DNA of 62,097 nucleotides, the filler included, from Dugesia japonica (taxonomy: Eukaryota), in assembly GCA_001938525.1 (NCBI GenBank). It is 5 parts of 5 records of this genome, joined end to end, with 100 filler letters (N's around TTAATTAATTAA, not from the genome) between each part and the next. Parts side by side here need not be neighbours in the genome. Positions count along the whole stretch, not along the records: positions 1 to 15,386 come from MQRL01385240.1; 4 more parts are not named here. One strand, 5' to 3'. Numbering within the stretch: the stretch's first letter is position 1; each line of letters opens with the position of its first letter. The notes below the pieces were generated by a model. It ran no database searches. It was not told where the DNA came from and saw nothing but the letters and a program-made list of their open reading frames with translations. A program made the position numbers and the translations under genes. Positions 1-14,257 of the stretch are shown piece after piece.

Positions 1-389
1 AAATATTTTCATAACACAACTAAATATAATACGTTGCGGTATTTTTAAATTTTTTCGAAATTTTATTGGTTGGTGACTATTTGTGATTATTTTTGTAATG
101 TAAATAGGCGGCGGCACACATTGGTGTGCGTTACATAATGTAATTAATCTCGTGGCAAGATTATTACGTAAGTGATGCAGTATTTTTTATTTTTACTGTG
201 TATTTAGTTGGGGAAATGTATTTTAGGCTTTTAAAGTGGTAATATTTTTACAGGCTTTTTAAGCGGTAATACTTTTTATGTGTATTTAGTTTGGAATTTT
301 CGCGGTGTACTTGGGGAATACACATAAAAAATATTATGAAACTATTTTGAAGATTAAAGGCAATCAACAGTTATTGAAAAAAATTGAAA

Positions 390-592
390 GTAAAAAGGAT
401 GCTTTTAAATGGAATGTAGGACACATACATCTGACAAGATACAAAATAATCACAAGTGGTGAACCAATCAATGTAAAACTGTATAGACAACCAATGAACT
501 TAGAATCTAAAATTGAAGAAGCTATACAAAACCTTTTCGAGAATAATATTATCCGAAAATGCAATTTTCCATGGAATACCCCATTGATTTTA
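390..592 (+). pseudogene. Ty3/Gypsy reverse transcriptase N-terminal fragment
   Basis: ORF 305..742 contains DAFKW..VGH..L.RYKI.TSGEPI...YRQPMNLESKIEEAIQNLFENNIIRKCNFPWNTPLIL, the pre-RT/RT start of Gypsy pol (PYR...SPWNSPLV-like). It is truncated right after and resembles the fragment at 6175-6420. Confidence 0.75.
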
Positions 593-1489
593 AGGTATGA
601 ATTTTTCTGGAAAACAGTTGAGCTGTTCATTGTTAAATTTTTGAAATTTCATGTTGAGTGTGAGATGGATAATGTTATATTATGTTCCAGTAATAATGAT
701 GGCTCAATACGTCAAATAATATTATCAAATAACAATAATTAATAATCAATTAAGTTGACATAATCAATATTAAATCGTTTGATTGATATAATTAATGAAT
801 AATTTTATGATATTAATTAAAAATTCATGTAAAAAATTAAGTAAATAAATAAAAATTAATTTGTTTATTGTAAGCAATCATGTGCAATTGTTGTAATTAA
901 GTTGTCTTTAAAATCTTATTGTGAAATGTAAGTTAAATTAAATTAGAATATAATAATAAATTTTAAAGTTTTTTATAAAAATATTTATTAAAAAAATCAT
1001 TTCAAATGAAAAAAAATATTTTGTAAATTACATTATAAAATAAATTGTCATTTCTTTGACCTAGAAAATCTTCTAAATTATCATTAATGAATCCCATTAA
1101 TTTATGAATCATTATAAATGTTTTAAATAATTCTCGTAATAGGAAATCCAATAACTTAATGTTTTGGAAATTCATGTGAAACATTAAATCGATAATAAAA
1201 TGAATATTTAAATGCTTTTACAATATCGTTGAGTTTGAAGTAATACGATTATCGAATTTAGTTCATATTTTAGTTTACAATTAATCGATAAAATTCGTTC
1301 GATAATTATCTACTTTTAATTGAAAAAATAATTCTTTTATTAAACAAGTATTGATTTATAACTGTAATTAAACAGCAATGTTAATTTTTTTAATCAAAAA
1401 TATTTAAATCTGTACATTCCACAACTCTAAATTAGAATTGAACCTAGTTTTTTTTAATGCGTTTTATATGTGATTTTCAAGCTAGGATC

Positions 1490-1688
1490 CATGGTCCTAT
1501 AAGGGACTGCGAAGCTGTTTCATGGGTATTGTGAAGGGATTACTTTCCTGAAATATTTTGCTAACAACTTTTGCAGACAAATCGTTAATATGCTACCCCG
1601 AAATACCTCACTTAGTTATGTACGAAGATTAAGCATTCATTATTATTATTATGTTTGCGTATAATCTTAAAAAGTTTGAGAACCACTG
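1490..1688. mobile_element. hAT (Charlie/Buster-type) element end
   Basis: AAAGTTTGAGAACCACTG at 1671-1688 is the reverse complement of CAGTGGTTCTCAAACTTT, the typical Buster/Charlie TIR. The other end was not found and the left boundary is approximate. Confidence 0.55.
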
Positions 1689-2734
1689 CTGTAGATATTT
1701 TGAAATTTAACTGCCAGCCAAAAACTANNNNNNNNNNNNNNNNNNNNNNNNNNNNNNNNNNNNNNNNNNNNNNNNNNNNNNNNNNNNNNNNNNNNNNNNN
1801 NNNNNNNNNNNNNNNNNNNNNNNNNNNNNNNNNNNNNNNNNNNNNNNNNNNNNNNNNNNNTTATTATTAAAATGAAACTAAAGAAATATACTTTTAATGC
1901 CTTCATTTTAATGCGATAATTTTATGAACTTCATTGAAAATCAAATAATACTTAAAGTCAAGAAGAAAGTTCATCTATACATATATAATATTTTGTTTGT
2001 TATTAATTCTCCTTTAGAGAAAAAATAATCATCATAACACTTATCATTATTACTATGATTATTAGTAGTAGTATTTATGATGTTACTGTGATTCTTATAA
2101 CTATTTTTATACTTATTTTCACTAATATCATTTATATCATTACGATTGTTATTATTATTCTTATTATGTGTGTGATCATAATTATTACTATTTCTAATAA
2201 TTTTTATTATCAAAACACTAATTATTATTATGAAATTATTGCTAGCCTAATTATCATTATTAAGAAATTTGTTATTATCAATATTATTTTTTATGAACAG
2301 GGTTATTAAATTAGATTGTAACTATTAACATCCTGTTTTATCGTAATGGACTGCGATTTGTAGTTATCATTATTGAGGATATCGGTATATTTTCAGAATT
2401 ATCGTAACCAGGATTAATTAGGTTATGGTCACCAATCTTGTTATGGTATCCTCAATTCCAAATTTATATATGGAATTAAATCTTACACCATATTTTGTTT
2501 AGTACTAGGAGATAAATGTAATGGCTATCATGCATGATTGGGAGTGCCACTGATTTCATTATCATTACTAAAATCAGTTTTATTACTATTAATCGATTAC
2601 TATTATTACTCTCCCTATCTCTATTATTGTTTTATATTCTGAAAGTCACCCCATTCCTGAAGACTGATCTTTTCTTCCAGCCGTACTTTTCTGTTATCAC
2701 CTCACTCAGATAAAACCCCAACACATTATTTAAT

Positions 2735-3540
2735 AGTTTGTAAAAGTCTTTCTTTTATACCATTTTTGACAAAAATCAGCTCAGTTTTGCCTGAAAAAGA
2801 CACAACAGACAAAACCATGACCCTTGCTGGTTTCTGAGTGTGAGAAACAATCCTTCCCATTTTGTTTGCCACAGAAAAAGATAGAAAAAGCACTCTATCA
2901 TTTTGGATGTTGTGTGCTTACTCTATGCTAAAAATGTTCTTATCAGAAAAAAGCATCATTTTATGAAAATTGACCCTACTCTCGCACAATAGGTAGCGAC
3001 ATTTTTCTTTTCTAGTTGCACATTTTTTTCTTTAAGGTTTTGATGCTTTTTAGCTTCAAAGATTTGAGTTTAAGCTCAAATTACTATTTTTACTATATTG
3101 CACACGCTTGACTCACCAATGCCGATTTCTGTGGCCATTTCTCTCATTGAATGCCTAAATTATGTCTTACACGATCCCGAATAATTTTACCAATCTTTGG
3201 AATGTTGGTGCTGCGAGGTCCTCCACTTCTTACACGGTGTTCAGTGCATCCTATCTCCCAATATTGTTTGATTGTGTATGAAACTGTTTGTTTCGGAATA
3301 CCAAGAAATCGAATTATTTCTACTTGGGCTTTATTTTAATTATATAATGCAATGATGGCTATGCGAATACTTTCCTTGCTGCACTATTTTTAAAAGTCCT
3401 ATATCAAATACACAAAATATATAAAATTATAAAGAATTAAGTAAGGAATAAATAAATATATAAAATTTTAAGTTTGACTAACATTTTACTAGAAAATGAT
3501 TTAATCAAACTTAGTCCAAGAACTTTTTGCGCACTCTGTA
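2735..3540 (-). mobile_element. Degenerate maT/DD37D (Tc1/mariner) transposon: 5' TIR plus N-terminal half of the transposase
   Basis: TA-CAGAGTGCGCAAAAAGTTCTTGGACT terminus at 3540 on the minus strand. Translation with stops and frameshifts gives HTH ...EIIRFLGIPKQTVSYTIKQYWEIG...RSGGPRS...SMREMATEIGIGESSV, then LFSDKNIFSIE*AHNIQNDRV and QKPARVMV...SGKTELIFV, typical DD37D motifs. Confidence 0.85.
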
Positions 3541-3559
3541 TATGAATTTGGTGTGTTCA

Positions 3560-3960
3560 ATCGTATATATTAAACAATTGATTCCAATTTGCCATTGGAG
3601 TACTATGAAAATTTTTTTTATCATTTTTCAACACCAGCAAAGTTACAGAGCGTTTATTTGGACCTTTGTTCTGAAAATGATATCTGCATTTGGGTTTTTG
3701 TAAAATTTCGTTTTTTTCTTTATCAATAGTTTTATCAAATTTAAGCACTTTAATCGACAAATTAATTTTCTTTTGAAATTTTCCTTATCGATAGGCTTCA
3801 TTGGCATCTTATGCTCATCACACATTAATTTATTTAAGAAGCTAATATATTTTTGTTGTTTATCCTGATTATCCTTAACCATATCGTATTTAAGCACTGC
3901 AAGCTTGCTATATTTGAAACGTTTATTGTTCATATTGTGTACACTTGATTTTTCATGTAT
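3560..3960 (-). pseudogene. Polinton/adintovirus pPolB N-terminal region fragment
   Basis: N.NNKRFKYSKLAVLKYD...QKYISFLNKL...MPMK..D..NF.RK...SIKVLK..KTIDKEKNEIL resembles the 'NVKNxDNKCFxYxILAxL' block of Polinton PolB. It is clearly homologous to 51760-52050. Confidence 0.7.
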
Positions 3961-6174
3961 TAAGAAATACGTACCAATTTCATTTCTAAACTATTCACCT
4001 TGAATTGGAGGCTGACGTCTGATTCGTTGAAATCTGATTTACGAATACATCCTTGTTATTCTTTTTCTTTTATTATTTACATGGTTTTTAGAAGAAATCT
4101 TCCCTTTCATATTTTCATGTTCATTCTAAAAATAAATTAAATTAAATTAATTAAAATTATAACCACTTCATCGATTTTCCTCTTCGTTTAGATTCTCTTT
4201 ATATTGATTGAATTCATTTTATTGTTGTACAAAATATTTAAAATTAAAAGACACTTTCTTCTTTTCTTCGTTTTCAAATTATGACGAAATAATTTATGTA
4301 CTTCGTTTATTTTTGAAATAAAATAGATTAAACAGTAAAGCAAATATCAATAATAGTATTATAAAAATTAAATTTCCATTTATATATCAAAATATTATTA
4401 TTATTAATAACTATTATCATTGTATTTTATATCAAGAAGAATGCATGTTTAGGTATTAGTCCTTTAGCCAATTTATAGGGAGTTTTTTATTCACTATCCA
4501 ACGATATCAGAATAATTCAATAAATATTATCATTATATATAACTATTATCATTATTTTCCTTAATTCTCGTTTGAATGGTTCAGCATATATGTTTCTATA
4601 CGTTTAATGCATATTATTTTTTAAATGACCTTTTTCTTCCTGCATATATTGCATATATTTCTTCCCTCACAAATACATTTGGGTCTTCAAAAGCTTCGCC
4701 ACGGTTTCTGATACAAGATGCCCATAGTTGTTTGAGTGTTGAATTAGATTTTGCTTGAGTTTAAATTTTTTATTATATATTTGCAGGATTTGACTAGATT
4801 TCTTATTTATAACAGGTAATTTAATTATTGTGTTTGTTTTTGGTTTGATTTTATTATATTTTCGTTTTGAAGATATATATTTTGATATAATTTTAATATG
4901 GTAGCCGTTATTTAAGAATTTTCTTTTATCAATTTGAGAGAAATAAATTTCATTTCTTTACCCGAAGATAGTCTTTCAGTTTGAATACTTTCACCTTTAA
5001 TTATAATAATTTTCTGTTTGATGGTAGTATTACCACTTCAAGGTAATATTTGTCTACTGTAAAATGGTTTCATATATAATTGGGTAGTCAATATTTCACA
5101 AGTTATTTTTGATTAAAGTGTCCAGAAAAGGATAAAAAAAAAGTCAATTGACTTCTTTGAATTGAATTTAATGTTATCATTAATACGATTGGCTTTTCTA
5201 AAATTTTTTCTCTAAAGGAGAATTAATAACAAACAAAATATTATATATGTATAAATGAACTTTCTTCTTGACTTTAAGTATTATTTGATTTTCAATGAAA
5301 TTCATAAAATTATCACTAGAACGGAAGATTAACCCATAGCAAGACCACTGTTTGTTAAAAAAGTTTGTTAAAAGTCACTGATGAAAATGCTACCAGAGAA
5401 AATACAAAAGTTAATACGACATTCGAAATCATTTTTGGTGATCTCTAGAATATATGTATGTTCTTTCAAAGAAGTCATTAAAATATAAATGATATTTATA
5501 GGGCCTTCAATGGAAATTTATCCTTATAAATTTGTTACATATAATGAATCAAATTAATACTAAAGAACAAAAGGTGATTTATTGGAACAGATAAATTACT
5601 GCAACGGTTTCAAGTCTAGAAATTTATTTGTGCAACAAGGAGAAGTGGATGGGATATATGGGCTCCATGAATATAATAAGATTACAAATTATGTGAGTTT
5701 GTGTGTAATGGATAGATAAATACCGTGTAGGTGTGTCCATGAATTGGAGAGAAAATTAGACTGCGCTACTGTGAAATTAATGAAAAATAGAATAATCAAT
5801 TCAGATTATCAAGTTTATTTCAATTGCATGATGTGGTTGCTCCAGATTTGCATGCCACTAACGTTAGTTTGATGAGTTAGTTTGTAAGTTACTCTGTAAT
5901 CAATAAATTTTGGTAATGATTAATATTATAATTTTCATTAACTGAATTTTCTTTATTTAATAATAATGGTTCTAACTATTAATAATTTTATTTTATGGAT
6001 TCAATATTCAAATAATATTAATTTGTTAAGGATATTAAATAATAGTTATAATAATTGATTAAATAATTGAAGTAATATTGATTAATAATGGTTTATATAG
6101 TAAGCTTGTCTTAGATCAATTGAAGAAAATATTTTTGCACCTGCTAAACAATCCAATAATAACTGGATGTCTGT

Positions 6175-6760
6175 CATCGGAAATGAAATTTTTTCAGTGA
6201 TCATATTCATTTGTCGATTATCGACATAAATCGTCATTCTTAACGAGCCATCATTTTTTTCTAATAATTACTAAAGGTGAATTCCATGGACTTTTACATT
6301 TGGTAATTACCCCAATACTTATTAAATTCTGTATCATTTCGCCAATCTCCTTTTTCAAGTGCATTGGTTGTCTCCGGAGATGTTGAAAAATTGGATTTCC
6401 AAGTACTTTTATCAAGTTTACTTTCTATCATCGTTTAAATGGTTTCTTCCAAACATTTTGTTTCAATGTTATTAACTTCTATCAGTTTTATTCCTAAACC
6501 TTTCATTGCATCTATCTCACCAATAAATTTTGGTCGTATCCTTTTAACTATTATGATTTTATTAACTCTTACTTTATTATTCCATTTAACGCACAGTTCT
6601 ACACATACTAACGGCCTCTCTACACTGCTTGAAAATACCTCATTTAATATGACGTTGCAACATAACAAGAATGGTTTCCCTACCTTCAACCAGTACTTTT
6701 TGCTCATAACTTTAATCGATGCTCTGGAATCGCACACCATTTCCAATTTTACTCCATTAA
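6175..6760 (-). pseudogene. Ty3/Gypsy protease plus RT N-terminus fragment
   Basis: MVCDSRASI (degenerate D-S-G retropepsin site) ...FIGEIDAMKGLGIKL, followed by PIFQHLRRQPMHLKKEIGEMIQNLISIGVITKCKSPWNSPLVIIRKNDGSLRM...DNRQMN..TEKISFPM. Confidence 0.85.
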
Positions 6761-6857
6761 CGTCTTCTTTGCTTCAATCTTTGCCGTCTTCTTTTTCATA
6801 TATCCCTCTTTTTGTTTTCATTATTTCGAATCGGGTTATCCGTTCTTAAACTAACTC

Positions 6858-7801
6858 AGTAGGTAGATAGTAGCGCACGGTGCCACTTTGAAAATGGGGA
6901 CAATTTTTAAGCAGTTATCGCGCACCCAGCCCCAAGGGGCTCGGAAACACATTACTATTCTCCCCGAATTTTTGTCATTATATTTTGAGCCTTGTTTTTT
7001 TTCTAAGATTTTTGGGATCAAAATTTTTTTGATCGAATCAAATTTTTTTTGATCGAATCAAATTTTTTTTTGATCGGATCAAATTTTTTGATCCTGCGAG
7101 TGCGTTTGTTTGTGTTGTTAAGGTGGTTTTTAAAAAGTAGGTCAAGTTGAGTTTGTTTGTGTGTGCGAGTGTATGTGTGTGAAAGAAAAGATTTGGACTC
7201 GAGCGTGAGCTGGAGATCTTGGAAATAGTTTTTTTGAAGTTTTTAAGATTTGGTTGTTGTTGGAAAAAAATTCGGTCTATATATTGGACTATATAAAGGA
7301 CTTATGAGTTTGGATGGATGGTTTGTGATAGGACTATGGTAGCGCACTGGAACAGTCGTATGAGTTATCGTGGGGTGTTTTTTGGGAGGTTGTAGGTTTG
7401 TATGTGGTTGATGGATTTGGATGGTTGATGGGTTGTTGGAAAGTTAATGTGATGGAGAATATTTTGGATGTCGATTGTGACTTAAATTCTGATTTTTAGT
7501 GCTTGAATTTAATTGGTTGATATTTGTAAGTAGTATACGTGTGTTAAAAAAATTTCGGGAGGGGGAAAGTGGGATGGGTGGAAAGACAATTAATTATCAG
7601 ATTTTTTAAGATTTATTTGAAATTTTTCTGCTGGGCATGTGTGACGTAATAGTGTTTTGAAATCTTTATTTTCTGTTAAAATGCTGTATTTTGCAAATAT
7701 AAAAACAACGCAGATAATATTTTTACTCATGTAATGCGTTATCGACCCACCCCCATTACTACTACTGTGTTGTAAGTAAGTTTATTTATTACCTACCTAC
7801 T
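6858..7801. mobile_element. Cluster of Polinton/Maverick-type termini and subterminal repeats
   Basis: AGTAGGTAGATAGTAGCGCAC starts at 6858 (+). An internal GTAGCGCACTGGAACA copy lies near 7339. Minus-strand AGTAGTAGTAATGGGG ends at 7766 and AGTAGGTAGGT ends at 7801. There are about four GATCG/GAATCAAATTTTTTTT units at 7016-7093. Confidence 0.55.
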
Positions 7802-10686
7802 CACTAAATAAAAAGGGGGGCTCAGTAATATATAACGCGTTATTGTGTAATTGAGTAAAATATTAAAAAAATAATTAAATAAGTAATAAAATAATTAAAT
7901 TTTCTTGTTTTAATTAACAAATAAATTAAGTGGGAAATTCAAATTTCAAAAATTTTTGGCGGAAAATTCCAAAAATATTTTTATTTGGCGAAAAATTTAA
8001 AATATTTTTTTTGCGTGGGAAATTAAAATTTTTTTTGGTAGACTATATTTCGCATGAGATGAGGGGAGTTTCTATGTTTTGCATGAGATTTGGGGAGTCT
8101 CTATATTATTACAAGATATATTTTGCATGGGAGGCTTTATATTTAGCATGGATGGCACAGGCTTGATATTTTGCAAGGGATAAGACTGTATAAAATTCAT
8201 AGGTACATGCTTTTTATTGTATGTGTGTTGCATCTGAGTCGTCTCTGAGTTGCATACTTATTGCATTTATTTAAAAAAATCAATAAAAAATCAAAATGGC
8301 GGCTATGTCAAATTTTATAAAATCAAAATGGTGGCTATGTTGAGTTTTAAAAATTCTAAGACGTGTGATTTTTAGTGTATGTTTGTTGCATCTGAGTTGC
8401 ATCTGAGTTACATACATATTGCATGTATAAAATATTTATTAAAAATTTTCAGACACGTGATTGTTCATCATGTATTCTTTTTGAAGTGTAATACCAACAA
8501 TCATAATAGTTTCAAAAAAATACTAGTATGCACATTATACAATAACCGTCACCCTGATGACTAAAAGGTTCACGAAGTTATCTATCGAACCAGAATGAAT
8601 ATTATTGAAGCGTGAACCAGAACCAAAGTAATGCAAGCAAACACTTGAATAACATGTTATGAGTAACAGGCTCTATTCTGACAATTTAAAACGGGAACTC
8701 TAGAATAAATTATTCACCAGGTTTCACAAGGCCATGGCACACTAGATATAACTTAAAATTGAGCTTCTTAGATGGAACCCTATCAAATTTAAAGATAAAT
8801 TATTAAAACCATAATTTAATAATATATGTAATTTATTCATTATTATAATAATGATGTTTACTAACTTATTTGCTCAAAAATTCAATAAACTCACCAACTC
8901 TACCCATAAACATTTATTTTCATATTAAACCTACCTACATATACCTCTGTTCTTATCTCTGTGGTTTTCATAGTAAATTATTCGACAGAGAATTATCATT
9001 TGTTAACAGAGCAGCTAAACATGATCCACTAATTTGTGTATAAATATCAAAAATAAAATCTTTATTTTTGAACTAAATCTTTTATCTCTGCCATGTCACA
9101 CAAGTGTTTTTATAAAGCTAAATCCAGATAATTTGGTTTGTCTTGTTTAATAACAATAAATCTATCATTTTTATAGATATATCGACTCAATACATACAAC
9201 GAGGTAGTATATGTTGAAAACGCAAAGTAAATTGAGTTTGAAGAAGTTCTCTAAGAAAACAGCGAGACCTGCAAAAAGAGAATCAAAGATTAAAAAATAA
9301 GTTAACAATCATTTGTAAAAGGTATCGTATAAGTGAGAAGCGAAAAGATATTAGCCGAAGTTATGTTGAACACGAGTACACTGTACCTACGGGTGTAAAG
9401 ACTTCGTGGAGATTATATCCAAAGAAGAAAGTGTACTGAGAGAAAAATTAATTGATTATCTAAGGAAATATTTTTTGATAATAAAAGTCGTGGTCACAAT
9501 CGTGTCTTCCGATATATAAACAGGAGACAAGAAAAGATCAATCATGATATTCAAGACGAGTTACCATGAAGACGGGCTGAATTTGTGGTTGTTTAAGAAT
9601 AATGCTGAATGCATTAAAAATTCATGGGGTTCAGGGATATTTACCCCATGAAGAGAACATTTGAAGTGAAATATCAAAAAAAGGGTTACAAAATTGAAAT
9701 CAACTAAAAATCGAGACCAAATAGGACTTTTATAAAGATTTATTGCGAAAAGACTGTTTATATAATATAGGCGAGGGATCAATAATTAAGAATTAATTCT
9801 TGGTTGTTCATGATTCCTCGCCACCAAATAAAGCAGCAACGGGATTGAGCAATAAGTTTATCTTACAAAGCCATAAAACAAAAAATTTACTGTACATTGA
9901 AAAATGAAAAATCTATTTATAAAACTATATCGGATTCATTCATTCAATAAATAACAAACATTCAAATTTATTAGAGAATCAAACTGTTATATATTGAGTT
10001 AAGAACTTAAAATATTTCTTAAATATGTAAATTAAATTCGAAATTGTTAATAAAACGAGAAAAAACGAATTTTAATTGAAGAATTTCCATTTTTAATTTT
10101 TACTTAGATAATATAGAAAAAACTGGATATTTTAAAAAATAATTAAATAAAAACATTTATGATATCATATTATTTCATATCATATGACTTCTTTAATAAT
10201 TCGATTAAATTTTTGTCAGATTGTCAATGAATCCGGGAACATTTTCGAATTACGACACTTGTTTATGAAATCTGCAATAAACTGGTAGGTTTAATTTTAA
10301 ATTATTTTTTATGGATCTCATAATATTTAAGAGGTCATTCAATATCCGAGTTTTTTCTCAAAGTTTCTTACTTTTAAAATTGTGTACATTAAATTCGAAG
10401 TAATGTATTTGAAAAATAGATTTTAAAAATTATAAAATTTAAAATACTTATTTCTTTAGATTTCATTGCAATTTAAAATAAATTTTCATTGATAAAATTT
10501 TATAACTATATGGAAAAAATATTAAAACTAGCCTGTATACTAACATTTTACAATATCAATTTTTTACGAACTTAGAAATATTCCGAATTTAGTATTTGTT
10601 TTAACGAATTCTTTGTTTGGTCATAAAAAGTCACATTTTGTTCGATTAATACATCTCTTGGAACCATTAAATATTTTTTACTTGTA

Positions 10687-11267
<581 letters not shown>

Positions 11268-14257
11268 GTAATTTATTTATAATCGATTAAATTAATGTAA
11301 TAACTAATTTTAAAAGTTTTGATAATTTTAATGTTGATAATATTTTATTGATACATGAAATAAACACGCTTATTTACTTAAAAATAGCTTAAGCCTTCAA
11401 CATTTGGAAGTCACAATTGTCGATATTAAGTTGATTAATTTCATAGTTAAAAAAATTTTGTAAAACCAAATTATATGTAGAGAAAAAATTTAATTTTTTT
11501 AAATAATACGAGATAAAATTGAGAATTGCTTTTGATACATTAATTTTATTAATGAAATATTTTATAACAATTATCTAATGTTTTTAATAAATTGCAATCA
11601 TTTTAAATTATATTCATAATAAATGGAAAATTGACAAATTTGGATTCATTAATTAAAAAAATTACTAGAATTCCGATTATAATATTAAAAAGTCAAATAA
11701 ACGATAAAAATAAACGATAAAAAAAGATTTTTTAAAAAAAAATTCTCATATTTTTACAGATGGACAAAAAATAGACTTCCAAATTATTGACTAATATTCT
11801 ACCTGCTCGCCAAATACTGTCTAATTTTTGTATGGCATCAAGTCACAGCCTATATCTACCCGAATCTATTACTGAATGATAACACTAATTGGCATTCTTA
11901 AATTTTTAAAAATCAAAATGTTTTTAAGTTAATTTTAATTGAATTAAAATCTAGATAAATCTATTAAAATATGAGTAAAGGTTCCATTTTTATTATATGG
12001 CCTATAAAAACTTCTTGTTTTATAGTAACATTAAATTCGGTTAATATATTAAAATGTGTAAATAATGCACGAAAGTTTTTTTTTGGTGTTCCTGAGCTAT
12101 TAAGTTGTGAGTCTAGTAAATGAATTTTGAGAGACATGTTGGAATTAGTGAATTACTACTTGTTTGTATTTGGCGCATAAAGAAAATGCCCTTCTTTAGC
12201 TTTCCCTGACTGATATAAATATAGTTATATCGTGTTATATCAAATTATGGTTACATCAAATTTTTGATGAATTTAATTATTATTAGAAAATTTTTGTATT
12301 TATTTTAATTTTAAATTTTTTTGTTTTTAAATATTATTTATTTACATTTAATTTAATTGTTTAAATTAAGACAAATATAAAATTTTAAATAAGGTTGTAG
12401 TCGCTAATCAATAATATACATTAAAGCTTTTCGAGGTTATCTTTATATTCAAATTTTATCTCAGTCAGTAATAAAACCAATTAAACAAAGAAACGAGGCG
12501 TCGCTTTCACTCTGAAACTGAATCTAGAAAATTTAATTCTACACAGAAAAATTGCTGTAAAAACTTCTTGTTTATTTCGAATTGTGCTCAGGTTCTATTT
12601 ACTTTTCCTAATTCTCAAATTATCAAGTAGTTTTCTTAACTACTTACATTCTTGTTATATTATATACAGTTAAACCTGTTTTTGTGCGATTTTTCATATA
12701 TCACATTAAATAAAATCGAACAAAAAAGTTTGAATGTATTTTTTTTACAATTTAATTAAACAAGAACCTATTAAGTAAGCTTCTATCAGCATACATCTAT
12801 AACTATAATCCAAGTAATAATCAGTTATGAATGTTTTGTGCTAAAATTCAATAAATTTTTCTGTTGATTTCTCATAATTTGTCATTTCTAATATACAAAG
12901 AGAATTACAATGAAGTACCAAGTTGTGATTAGATTTTTTTTGTAAAATTATATATAAATTTATGGCTGAATCGCTAATATGCCTGTTGTCGTGTAATACT
13001 AACTTCATAGCCACACTGTTTGAGTGTGTGTTTGTATTGATTGTGTTGTTTCCACCACTGCGAATAAAGCTGCTTCTAATGCTTCTACTAAATCGACAAG
13101 TTAAATACTTTTGTCGTTTAATGTTGCATTACTTCACTGGCCACTGTTTTGTTGATATAGTGATTATTATATTTTATATTCATCTCATATTAGCATCAGA
13201 TTTCACCCAAATATGATGCAATTAAATAGATTTTATCAATAATAAATTGTATAATTGTTATGTTGACATTTTGACCAATTTCTAGGGGTAGTTTCGATGC
13301 CAGTTTATCACATACAAATTCAGCCATTAGTCATTGGTCCACCACCACCACCATCATATAAACAGTCAATGTCTATTGGGATAATTATTATTGGTAAAAA
13401 TCAGTCAACAATGATTGGTGAAGTTCCAACCAATTTTCTTAAGACATTTCTAATGGTATTCTCAAGGAGAACAGAGCTGGTCTAGTGTCTTCTCAGATGG
13501 AGTCGATGAATGTGACTGAAATCAAAATTGATTAATCAATAATTGTGTTAGGTCTCATCGGTAAGATCAAACAATAAATCAATAAAATTCTGACTAATTA
13601 AAAATCTGTGATGATTTTAAATATAAATAAATAATAATAATAAATGACTGAAATAAAAAATTTATATGATTAAAATTTATAAATTAAAATTTATTTATAA
13701 TCAAATTTACAATTTTTATAATATAAATTTATGCGGAACTCCCAAGTATAACTACTTCTATATATTTTATTGATAGATGACAGGACGAATGGTGGGTCTA
13801 AATTATAATCTTTAAAATTCTATTTAAACGTTTATTAGTGAAATAATATGAAAATATTATTAAAAGTTTAAATATTAAAAACAATTAAGTTTTTTTATTA
13901 GTAAGAAAATTATTTATATGGAAGTTTTACTGTATATAAATTCGTCTCACTAAAAAGATAAAATTATTTATATTTCTGAAATTGGTAATTAACATTTACC
14001 AATTTGATAGCCTTGAAACACGTTAAAAATAATAAATTTAAACAACTACTAATTTTAGTAATTGTTAATTTAACTAAACATTTATGTGACTATTTATAGT
14101 AATTAATAATTTTTTTATTTTTACTAAATTCAACCTTAATATATCACAACCAATCTAGTCTAAAATTCTAGTAATTTTATCCTATTACCCTAACAATTCA
14201 TTCTAATCAAATTCCTTATAGCAAGTATTAATATTAATTAATATTAATTTTTTGAAA

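Larger units (their letters stand above)
1915..5314. repeat. About 112-bp inverted repeat pair (1915-2026 and 5203-5314)
   Basis: GATAATTTTATGAAC/TTTCATTGAAAATCAAATAATACTTAAAGTCAAGAAGAAAGTTCAT...CTCCTTTAGAGAAAAAAT matches the reverse complement of 5203-5314, with 2 mismatches by manual comparison. Confidence 0.9.

Noticed and set aside
1971-2309. Asn-rich and Ile-rich ORFs on opposite strands
   Set aside because: They arise from ATT/ATC low-complexity sequence.
5378-5445. CTGATGA...CGAAA possible hammerhead
   Set aside because: The stems are weak and inconsistent. Similar CTGATGA hits near 8554 and 55720 lack a properly placed GAAA.
6439-6849. Plus-strand 136-aa ORF, and similar antisense ORFs over the Gypsy, NeSL and env regions
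   Set aside because: They are shadows of the real coding strand.
13270-13535. ORF with PPPPPSY motif
   Set aside because: Short and frameshifted, with no recognisable family.
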